NCBI GenBank assembly: GCA_008638125.1
Contig: VTPM01000001.1
Location: forward strand, 8,012 to 72,011
Origin: Pelagibacteraceae bacterium
Lineage (GTDB): Bacteria; Pseudomonadota; Alphaproteobacteria; Pelagibacterales; Pelagibacteraceae
Length of the DNA: 64,000 nucleotides
Direction of reading: 5' to 3'
Position numbers and translations under genes: made by a program. How positions within the stretch are numbered: the stretch's first letter is position 1; each line of letters opens with the position of its first letter. Below the pieces are notes generated by a model that did no database searches, was not told where the DNA came from, and saw only the letters and a program-made list of their open reading frames with translations. Positions 1 to 7,719 of the stretch are shown here, one piece after another.

Positions 1-3
1 AAA

Positions 4-630
4 ATGATTGAGCTTTTTACGGCAAATACACCAAATGGAAAAAAAATTTCAATCATGCTTGAAGAAATTCAGTACGATTACAAAGTTACTATTGTTAACA
101 TTTTAAAAGACGAACAATTTAAACCTGAGTTTAAAAAAATTAGTCCATTTAGCAAAATACCTGTCATCAAAGATCATAAAAATGGCAATACGCTTTTTGA
201 GTCTGGGGCAATCCTTATTTATTTAGGTGAACAAAGTGGAAAGTTTTATGATCAAGATAAAAGAACCATAATTAATCAATGGCTAATGGCTCAGATGGCT
301 TACGTTGGTCCTATGCTAGGTCAGCACCATCAGTTTCATCATTATAATCCTGGTAAAAGTGAATTTGGTGAAGAAAGGTATTTTAAAATATGTACCCGTA
401 TTTACAAAGAGTTAGACGAAAGATTAGCAGAAGCTAAATTTTTAGCGGGTGATTTTTATTCAATTGCAGATATTGCAACTTTCCCATGGATTGCCAGACA
501 TGAATGGCACGATATTGGTTTAAAGAATTATAAAAATCTAACTAGATGGTACAAAACTATATCTGAAAGAGAAGCGGTTATTAAAGGTTACGATCTTTTG
601 GAAAAAGGTGAAAAAATCCCTACGGTTTAA
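4..630 (+). CDS. Glutathione S-transferase family protein (YfcG/YghU-like disulfide oxidoreductase)
   Basis: N-terminal TPNG.K, SKIPVI, LFESGAILIYL and YSIADIATFPW motifs are typical of the nu-class (YfcG) GSTs. Confidence 0.9.
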   Translation: MIELFTANTPNGKKISIMLEEIQYDYKVTIVNILKDEQFKPEFKKISPFSKIPVIKDHKNGNTLFESGAILIYLGEQSGKFYDQDKRTIINQWLMAQMAYVGPMLGQHHQFHHYNPGKSEFGEERYFKICTRIYKELDERLAEAKFLAGDFYSIADIATFPWIARHEWHDIGLKNYKNLTRWYKTISEREAVIKGYDLLEKGEKIPTV

Positions 631-1085
631 TCTTCAATAAAAATTTTTTCATCTCTTTCATGTCTTTCCTGTGCTTCGATAGAAAGAGTTGCAATAGGTC
701 GAGCTATTAATCTTTTCAAACCAATAGGCTCAGATGTTTCTTCACAATAACCATAAGTATCATTCTTAATTCTCATCAAGGCAGCATCAATTTTTTCAAT
801 AAGTTTTCTGCTTCTTGACAAGGCTTTCATCTCAACCGTTTTATCAGTGTAGGAAGAAGCTTGATCAACCATATCTGCTGAAGAAATGTTATCATCAGAT
901 GAGTTTAAAAGATTAGTTAAACTGTTAGACTTAATGATATCTTTTTTCCATTTAACTAATTCTTCAGTAAAAAATTTTTTATGTTTAGCACACATATATT
1001 TTTCTTTTTCATTAGGAACATATGGCTTTGTGCTAATTTTTTTTACTGGCTTAGCAGTAGTCTTTTTATTTACTTTTTTTATCAT
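627..1085 (-). CDS. dksA: RNA polymerase-binding transcription factor DksA
   Basis: Coiled-coil tip DMVDQAS and C-terminal YGYCEETSEPIGLKRLIARPIATLSIEAQERHE. Start moved to ATG at 1085 (MIKKVNKK) because the longer ORF runs through the promoter and into the divergent gene. Confidence 0.93.
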   Translation of the reverse strand: MIKKVNKKTTAKPVKKISTKPYVPNEKEKYMCAKHKKFFTEELVKWKKDIIKSNSLTNLLNSSDDNISSADMVDQASSYTDKTVEMKALSRSRKLIEKIDAALMRIKNDTYGYCEETSEPIGLKRLIARPIATLSIEAQERHERDEKIFIED

Positions 1086-1095
1086 TATTTTTAAA

Positions 1096-1130
1096 GACGC
1101 GGAGTATATGTTTGAAATTATACGTGTCAA
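1096..1130 (-). promoter_or_regulatory. Sigma70-type promoter of dksA with GC-rich discriminator
   Basis: Minus strand reads TTGACA (1130-1125), 16 nt, TATACT (1108-1103), then CCGCGTC. Confidence 0.7.
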
Positions 1131-1161
1131 TAGACTATAAATTGTATTAATTTGTATCAAA

Positions 1162-2535
1162 ATGATAAAAAAAAACACAATTAAAATATTATATTTATTT
1201 TTATTTGCTCATCTTATCCTTTGGACATTGGTTCCAACCTTTTCAAATAAAAATTTACCATTAGATGTAATAGAAGCTTTAGCTTGGGGTACAGACTTAA
1301 GTTGGGGTTGGGATAAACATCCTCCTTTAAGTGTTTTTTTTCCAGAAGTTTTCTATCAAATTTTTGGCAATCAAGACTGGGCTTATTATTTATTAAGTCA
1401 AATTTTTATTATTATTGCCTTTATATATATTTTCAAACTAGCAAGAGAATTTTTAAAAAATGATTTGTTAGCTCTTGTCTCTGTTCTAATCTTAGAGTCT
1501 ATTTATTTTTATAATTTTACTAGCCCAGAATTTAACGTTAATGTTTGTCAAATTCCTTTCTGGGTTTTAACGACATATTATGCTTGGCAAAGTTTCAAGA
1601 GTGATAAAGTTCAAGATTGGATTTTATTTGGTCTATTTGCTGCTTTAGGATTTCTATCTAAATATTTATTTATTTATTTACTTATCAGCCTAAAATTATT
1701 TTTTATTTATACTTATTTTAGAAAAAATAAAAAATTTAATTTTAGACTCTTAATACCGGGATTGGTTTTTTTATTAATTTTATCACCACATTTCATTTGG
1801 CTTATGGATAATGATTACAGAACCATTGCTTATGGCTTAAAGAGAACAAGCTTAGAAAATGAGATATTTTTAAATCATATCATTTATCCTTTAAAATTTT
1901 TAGGCAAACAAATCGGTATTTTAATTCCACTTTTTGCTTTGCTGCTATTAGTTATCAAAACATTTACTTTTAAAAAAATAAAATTAGATGAAAAAAGTAC
2001 TTTCTTAATTTTTGTTGTTTTATTTCCAATTGCCTTGATGTTTTTAACATCATTTCTTCTAGGTGCTAATATTAGAACGATGTGGATGACGCCCTTTTAT
2101 TTATTTATCGGTTTATTTTTTATTTATCTTTTCAAAAATAAAATAAAACCTGATTTTATTAAAAAATTTACTTGGGCTTTTTTATTCATATTTATCTTGT
2201 CACCCACAGCTTATCTTTACATTTCTTTGTCTCAAGATAATAAAAGAACAGATTATCCAGGTAAAGAAATAGCTCAATTAGTACAATCTAGATGGGACAA
2301 AAATTTCATAAATGAAATTGCAATTGTTGTCGGCGATGAATGGTTGGGAGGAAATTTATCTTACCATTTAAGATCTAGACCCATGTGGTTTAATAACCTT
2401 AGCCCTAAATTAAAAGAAATTTCATTAGAAGGGGGAGTTATTTATACTGGCAACGCAGATATTTTAAAATCCATATGCCCAGGTGAGTTTGGCAGCATTA
2501 GTCAGCAAGGCATTTGTATGATTGGAGTTCGGTGA
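1162..2535 (+). CDS. Integral-membrane GT-C glycosyltransferase (GT39/PMT_2, ArnT/RgtA-D-like)
   Basis: Multi-pass hydrophobic protein with LDVIEALAWG..LSWGWDKHPPL loop and GFLSKY motif. Confidence 0.82.
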   Translation: MIKKNTIKILYLFLFAHLILWTLVPTFSNKNLPLDVIEALAWGTDLSWGWDKHPPLSVFFPEVFYQIFGNQDWAYYLLSQIFIIIAFIYIFKLAREFLKNDLLALVSVLILESIYFYNFTSPEFNVNVCQIPFWVLTTYYAWQSFKSDKVQDWILFGLFAALGFLSKYLFIYLLISLKLFFIYTYFRKNKKFNFRLLIPGLVFLLILSPHFIWLMDNDYRTIAYGLKRTSLENEIFLNHIIYPLKFLGKQIGILIPLFALLLLVIKTFTFKKIKLDEKSTFLIFVVLFPIALMFLTSFLLGANIRTMWMTPFYLFIGLFFIYLFKNKIKPDFIKKFTWAFLFIFILSPTAYLYISLSQDNKRTDYPGKEIAQLVQSRWDKNFINEIAIVVGDEWLGGNLSYHLRSRPMWFNNLSPKLKEISLEGGVIYTGNADILKSICPGEFGSISQQGICMIGVR

Positions 2536-3404
2536 AAAAATTTGTAATTTTAATTCCCGTTTATAATGATTGGGAATCGCTAAAAAAATTATTAATTAAT
2601 ATCAATGAAAACATTCAAGATATTAAGAATGTAAAGTTTGATTGTATCGTGGTCAATGATGCATCATCAATTGAAAACTCAGAACTAATTGTTCCCTCAA
2701 ATTTCTCTTCCATTAAAATTGTTAACATGAATGAAAATAGAGGTCATGCGAGATGCAATGCTTTTGGTATAAAATTTTTATCTAAACAATCAAATTTTGA
2801 CCATCTAATTCTTATGGACGGTGACGGCGAAGATAGACCAGAAGAAATTAAAAATTTAGTAGACCAAGCTTTAAAAGATCCTGGCACTTCTGTTGTTGCT
2901 AAAAGAATTAAAAGATCAGAAGGTCCACTTTTTCAATTATTATATAGAATACATAAATATTTAACTTTTATTTCAACTGGTAAGCTAATTAATTTTGGAA
3001 ATTATAGTTGTTTGACAAGGCAAGATGTTGTTGAGCTTTCCTCTAAAGCTAGCTTATGGAGCAGTTTTTCAGGTTCAGTTAAAAAATATATTTCAAAGTA
3101 TAACGAGATAGATTCTATTAGAGGACTAAGATATTTTGGGCCATCACAAATGTCGTTATATAAATTAGCTATTCATTCTTTTTCAATTATTGCGGTATTT
3201 AAAACCCAAGTTTTTTTAAGAACGCTTATTTTTCTCTTATTAACTTATTTAGTGGGTCCAATTCTTAAAATTAACTTTATTATTTTTCAAATTTTATTAA
3301 TTTTTTTTAATCTTGTTGTTTTCATAGTCTCATTTAGAGAGAATAAGGAAGAGCTGGAAAACAGTGAGAGCAATATTAAGTCTGTTGAAAATTTTACACA
3401 CTAA
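2532..3404 (+). CDS. GT2 polyprenol-phosphate glycosyltransferase (GtrB/ArnC/RgtE-like)
   Basis: ILIPVYND, VVNDAS, NRGH and MDGDGED motifs plus two C-terminal TM helices. GTG start at 2532 overlaps the upstream TGA and has GGAG at 2524-2527. Confidence 0.85.
   Translation: MKKFVILIPVYNDWESLKKLLININENIQDIKNVKFDCIVVNDASSIENSELIVPSNFSSIKIVNMNENRGHARCNAFGIKFLSKQSNFDHLILMDGDGEDRPEEIKNLVDQALKDPGTSVVAKRIKRSEGPLFQLLYRIHKYLTFISTGKLINFGNYSCLTRQDVVELSSKASLWSSFSGSVKKYISKYNEIDSIRGLRYFGPSQMSLYKLAIHSFSIIAVFKTQVFLRTLIFLLLTYLVGPILKINFIIFQILLIFFNLVVFIVSFRENKEELENSESNIKSVENFTH
3392..3400 (+). promoter_or_regulatory. Possible DnaA box (relaxed consensus)
   Basis: TTTTACACA fits TTWTNCACA. It lies in the last codons of the GT2 gene and could be chance. 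Confidence 0.3.
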
Positions 3405-3417
3405 AAGGTTGTAATTT

Positions 3418-3456
3418 GAGTCCAGATTGGAATCAAAAGTGAATCAAAACGTGAAC
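3418..3456. repeat. Short direct repeat with three GANTC sites and a LexA-box-like element
   Basis: GAGTC 3418-3422, GAATC 3430-3434 and GAATC 3441-3445; the repeat reads gaatcaaaagt-gaatcaaaacgt-gaac. Confidence 0.6.
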
Positions 3457-3460
3457 ATCC

Positions 3461-3507
3461 ATTCTAGATCTTGATAAAATGTGGATAACTGCAACTAGAT
3501 ATATCAT
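3461..3507. promoter_or_regulatory. Tandem NrdR-box-like elements, 31 bp apart
   Basis: CTAGATCTTG (3464-3473) fully fits the core CwAnATnTwG. CTAGATATAT (3495-3504) has one mismatch. Confidence 0.55.
3480..3488 (-). promoter_or_regulatory. Perfect DnaA box
   Basis: TGTGGATAA is the reverse complement of TTATCCACA and lies in intergenic DNA. Confidence 0.65.
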
Positions 3508-3550
3508 TTATAAAGTTTGCTAATTTTACCAAAAGAGATTTAATCGTCAT

Positions 3551-4147
3551 ATGAAAATAGAATATTATTACGGCTTTCCATCTCCTTTTGCTTTTTTAGG
3601 GCTTAAAAAATTTCAAGAAATTGCAAAAAAATACAACGCAGTAATTATAGAAAAGCCATGTGATTTGGTTGCAGGAATATTTGCAAAAACTGGCGGTATA
3701 CCTGTTCCGCAAAGATCACCACAAAGACAAAAATATAGACTAGATGAATTGAAAAGATGGAGCACTTTCCTAAATATTAAAATCAACATACAACCAAAAT
3801 ATTTCCCCCCTAAAGATCCCCATCTACCTGCTAAGTTTACTATTGCAGCCGATTTATTAGGTATAAAATTAATTTTTGGTCAAGAATTACTAAAATACGT
3901 TTGGTGTGATGAAAAAGATATTTCTGATGAAAAAAATATAGAAGAAGTAAGCAAAATGTGTAATCTTGATTTCAAAGAATTATCTTTGCTTGCGAAGTCT
4001 GAAAAAGTATCAAAAATTTACAAAGATAATACAGAAGAAGCCGTAGCAAAAAATGTTTTTGGAGCACCAACATATATTTATAATAATGAACTATTTTGGG
4101 GACAAGATCGTTTAGATTTTTTAGAGCGTGCTTTAAAAAATTCATGA
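3551..4147 (+). CDS. 2-hydroxychromene-2-carboxylate isomerase / kappa-GST (DsbA_FrnE family) protein
   Basis: IEYYYGFPSPFAFLG N-terminus and VFGAPTY...FWGQDRLDFLE C-terminus. Confidence 0.88.
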   Translation: MKIEYYYGFPSPFAFLGLKKFQEIAKKYNAVIIEKPCDLVAGIFAKTGGIPVPQRSPQRQKYRLDELKRWSTFLNIKINIQPKYFPPKDPHLPAKFTIAADLLGIKLIFGQELLKYVWCDEKDISDEKNIEEVSKMCNLDFKELSLLAKSEKVSKIYKDNTEEAVAKNVFGAPTYIYNNELFWGQDRLDFLERALKNS

Positions 4148-4148
4148 A

Positions 4149-5063
4149 ATGTCTAGTCAAAATACTGCACAATTCTTAGAAAAAAAATATTTAGATTTCT
4201 TAAAATCACAAGAAGTTTATAGCGAACCTTTTCACAATAAATTAGGTCAATTAAGAAATTTTTATTTACCTATTTGTGAAAAAATTTACTTAGATTTCAA
4301 AAAAGATAGAAAGATAAAAATTTTGGGACTTACTGGTGGTCAAGGTGCGGGTAAGAGTACTATTACACAAATTATAAAGTTAATATTTGAAACTAAATAT
4401 AATTTAAATGTAACTTATTTTTCTATTGATGATTTTTACAAGACTTTAAAAGAAAGAAAAAAACTTTCAGTAAAAGTGCACAAATTATTTAAGACAAGAG
4501 GAGTGCCAGGTACTCATGATACAAAATTATTAAAAAAGGTTTTTACAAATTTAACTAAAAAGAATTTTAGGCAGATTTATATCCCTCGATTTGATAAGTC
4601 AGTCGACGATCGTTTTCCAAAAAATAAATGGCAGAAGATAAAAAAAAGACCTCATATCATTATATTTGAAGGATGGTGTGTGGGAGCCAGACCTCAAAAT
4701 TATAAAAAATTATCTAAACCTATCAATGCTTTAGAAAAAAAGAACGATCTAGATATGACTTGGAGGAAAAAAGTTAACCAAGAATTAAATGTTGATTACA
4801 AAAAGATTTTTAACAAGATTGATAATCTAATTTTTCTAAGAGTGCCAAATTTTGAATGTGTGTATAAATGGAGATTACTGCAGGAAAAAAAGCTACGATT
4901 GACTTCCAAAGGTAAAAAAATTATGTCTCCAAGTCAGGTGAGACAATTTATTATGTATTATGAGCGAATTACCAAGCAAATGCTAGTTGATTTAAGCAAA
5001 AAAGCTTATGCAGTTCTTTATTTAGACAAGAAACATAGATTAAATAGACTAAAGTTTAATTAA
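4149..5063 (+). CDS. P-loop kinase, D-glycerate 3-kinase (GLYK)/Tda10-like
   Basis: Walker A GGQGAGKST plus SIDDFY, RGVPGTHD, IPRFDKS and FEGWCVG motifs. Confidence 0.75.
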   Translation: MSSQNTAQFLEKKYLDFLKSQEVYSEPFHNKLGQLRNFYLPICEKIYLDFKKDRKIKILGLTGGQGAGKSTITQIIKLIFETKYNLNVTYFSIDDFYKTLKERKKLSVKVHKLFKTRGVPGTHDTKLLKKVFTNLTKKNFRQIYIPRFDKSVDDRFPKNKWQKIKKRPHIIIFEGWCVGARPQNYKKLSKPINALEKKNDLDMTWRKKVNQELNVDYKKIFNKIDNLIFLRVPNFECVYKWRLLQEKKLRLTSKGKKIMSPSQVRQFIMYYERITKQMLVDLSKKAYAVLYLDKKHRLNRLKFN

Positions 5064-5064
5064 A

Positions 5065-6366
5065 ATGAAATTTCTAATTCTATTAATATTTTTGTTATTT
5101 AACTTAAATTCTTTGAGTGCTTCAGAGTTTTTAACTTATTTAGAAAATGCTTACAAAAATAATCCTACGCTGAATGCAGAAAGAGAAAATTACAAAGCAA
5201 TAAAAGAAAATATTAATATTTCTAGAAGCGAATTCTTGCCTAGTGTTTCGGTTTCAGAAACAAAAAGTAGCCAACAAACATCAAATCGAACCAGTCAATC
5301 AGGCGGAGTTTTGTCTGACACAAATAATGATACAACAACTCAATCTATTTCAATTGACCAAAAAATATTTCAAGGTTTTCAAGGTTATAATTCGGTAAAA
5401 AAATCAAAATTAGAATTTGATCAAGCTGGTTTGAAATTAAAAAATGTTGAGCAGCAAATTTTGCTAAGATCAGCTGTTGCTTATTATGATTTAATTTATA
5501 AAATCAAAAATAGACAATTCAATGTTGCCAACGTTGATTTATTTGAAAGACAAGTAGAGTCTGATAGATCGAGATTGCAAAAAGGAGAAATCACTTTGAC
5601 TGACCTTGCTCAATCGGAGTCTTCTCTAGCTGGCGCCAATGCAAAATTAATTTCAGCTGATACAGAACTTTTAACAGCAAAGAGTAATTTTGAAAGGGTA
5701 GTAAGGTTAGTGGCACCAAATGATATAGTTAAAGATAATTTTATTACAGAGGCAAATATAAATTTTCCAAAAAATTTAAATGCTGCTTTAAATTTGTCTG
5801 AACAAAATAATCCTAAATTGCTTTTAGCAAAATTAGATTTTGAAATTTCACAAAAAAATGTAGACATAGAAAAATCAAAATTTGCCCCATCAGCTTCCTT
5901 AAATTATACACAATCTAAAAATAAAGATTTAAGTTCTACAGTTGATGAAAGTGATCAAGAAACTTTAAAAGCTACAGTAACTTTGCCACTTTTTAGTGGA
6001 GGTGAGAATTATGCTTCACTTAAAAAAGTTAAATTTAAAAAAGAACAAAGCCAACTAATTTTACAAGATACAACCAATGAAGTAAAAACTGATACTGCAA
6101 ATGCATGGTCTGTTTATCAGTCTTCTGAGAGTGTATTCAAAGCAACACAGGCCCAAGTAAAGGCTGCAGAAATTGCCAACGAAGGAATTACCCTAGAATA
6201 TGACTCTGGGAATACTCGAACAACTTTAGAAGTAATCCAGTCTAGAAGTTTGCTATTGAACGCTAGAATTGCCAATGCAAAAGCAGAAAGGGATTTTGCT
6301 ATATCAAAATTCGAGCTTCTTGCTATCGTTGGAGAATTAACTTTAGAAAATTTAAAAAAATCTTAA
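5065..6366 (+). CDS. tolC: TolC family outer membrane channel
   Basis: Signal peptide, AYKNNPTL, two OEP repeats, LPLFSGG, and G.RTTLEV. Confidence 0.88.
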   Translation: MKFLILLIFLLFNLNSLSASEFLTYLENAYKNNPTLNAERENYKAIKENINISRSEFLPSVSVSETKSSQQTSNRTSQSGGVLSDTNNDTTTQSISIDQKIFQGFQGYNSVKKSKLEFDQAGLKLKNVEQQILLRSAVAYYDLIYKIKNRQFNVANVDLFERQVESDRSRLQKGEITLTDLAQSESSLAGANAKLISADTELLTAKSNFERVVRLVAPNDIVKDNFITEANINFPKNLNAALNLSEQNNPKLLLAKLDFEISQKNVDIEKSKFAPSASLNYTQSKNKDLSSTVDESDQETLKATVTLPLFSGGENYASLKKVKFKKEQSQLILQDTTNEVKTDTANAWSVYQSSESVFKATQAQVKAAEIANEGITLEYDSGNTRTTLEVIQSRSLLLNARIANAKAERDFAISKFELLAIVGELTLENLKKS

Positions 6367-6410
6367 AAATTCGTTGAAAATTAAGCTTTTTTTTTAATTG
6401 TTGATAAAAA

Positions 6411-6425
6411 GAACAAAATGTGTAC
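6411..6425 (+). promoter_or_regulatory. Alphaproteobacterial LexA (SOS) box upstream of recA
   Basis: GAAC-aaaatgt-GTAC matches GAAC-N7-GTAC and ends 40 nt before the recA ATG. Confidence 0.85.
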
Positions 6426-6464
6426 ATTTGATTTAACGATTCGAACATTAAAAAAGGAAAAAAA

Positions 6465-7601
6465 ATGATTAAAAACAATTTAAAGGTAGTTAAGTCAGAT
6501 AGCAAAAAAGAGCAGGAATTAAAGGAAAAAAACAAAGCTTTAGAAGCTGCAATTAGTCAAATAGACCAAAATTATGGAAAAGGCTCAGTTATGAGACTTG
6601 GCCAACAACAAGCATTAGATATTGAATCAATTTCAACAGGTTCGTTAAGCTTAGATTTAGCTCTTGGAATTGGAGGCTTACCAAAAGGCAGAATTATAGA
6701 AGTTTACGGACCAGAATCCTCAGGTAAAACAACGCTTGCACTTCAAGTTGTTGCAGAGGCTCAAAAAAAAGGTGGAATTTGTGCATTTGTTGATGCTGAA
6801 CATGCAATGGACCCAATTTATGCAAAAAAATTAGGAGTAAAAACAGGTGAATTGTTAATTTCACAACCAGATACTGGTGAACAAGCTTTAGAAATAGCAG
6901 ACACGTTAATAAAATCTGGCTCAATATCAGTTTTAGTAATCGACTCTGTGGCAGCACTAACACCAAAGGCTGAATTAGAAGGTGAAATGGGCGATCATCA
7001 CGTTGGTTTGCAATCAAGATTAATGAGTCAAGCATTGAGAAAAATAACAGGCTCAGTATCTAAATCTAATACGATGGTAATCTTTATTAACCAAATAAGA
7101 ATGAAAATTGGAGTAATGTTTGGAAATCCAGAGACAACATCTGGTGGAAATGCTCTAAAATTTTATTCTTCTGTTAGAATGGATATTAGAAGAATAGGTG
7201 CCATTAAAGACAAAGACGAAATTATTGGAAATTCCACAAGAGTGAAAATTGTCAAAAACAAAGTTTCACCTCCATTTAAAGTAGTTGAATTTGATCTTAT
7301 GTATGGAAAAGGTATTAGTAAAACAGGAGAATTAGTTGACCTTGGAGTTAAAGCCGGAATAGTAGAAAAATCAGGCGCATGGTTTGCTTACAAAGGAGAA
7401 AAGATAGGTCAAGGTAGAGAAAATGCTAAAATTTATCTTGAACAAAATCCTAACGTAGCTGAAGAAATAGAGAAAGTAATAAGAGAAAAAGCTACAGCAA
7501 TCTCAGCTGCTCTAGAAGGAAATCCTACTCCAAAAGAGAAAATTAAAGAAAAAGAAAAGTCAGTTGAAGAAAAAGAAACAACTGATACAGAAACTAAATA
7601 A
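6465..7601 (+). CDS. recA: Recombinase A
   Basis: [45 protein letters not shown]. Confidence 0.99.
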   Translation: MIKNNLKVVKSDSKKEQELKEKNKALEAAISQIDQNYGKGSVMRLGQQQALDIESISTGSLSLDLALGIGGLPKGRIIEVYGPESSGKTTLALQVVAEAQKKGGICAFVDAEHAMDPIYAKKLGVKTGELLISQPDTGEQALEIADTLIKSGSISVLVIDSVAALTPKAELEGEMGDHHVGLQSRLMSQALRKITGSVSKSNTMVIFINQIRMKIGVMFGNPETTSGGNALKFYSSVRMDIRRIGAIKDKDEIIGNSTRVKIVKNKVSPPFKVVEFDLMYGKGISKTGELVDLGVKAGIVEKSGAWFAYKGEKIGQGRENAKIYLEQNPNVAEEIEKVIREKATAISAALEGNPTPKEKIKEKEKSVEEKETTDTETK

Positions 7602-7623
7602 AAAATTATAGTCGTTATCTCAG

Positions 7624-7647
7624 CGAAAGGCCTTAACCGGCCTTTCG
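7624..7647 (+). terminator. GC-rich hairpin after recA (terminator-like or 3' stabiliser)
   Basis: CGAAAGGCC-ttaacc-GGCCTTTCG is a perfect 9-bp stem; the U-tract is weak. Confidence 0.6.
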
Positions 7648-7719
7648 TGTCCCATTTAGTCAATAAATTCAAGCATTCTAATCTAGACAACATAAAAAAT
7701 ATCTGTAATTTATATAGAT

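Noticed and set aside
1086-1178. N-terminal extension of DksA in the ORF track
   Set aside because: It runs through a clear promoter and overlaps the divergent gene; ATG at 1085 gives a normal-length DksA.
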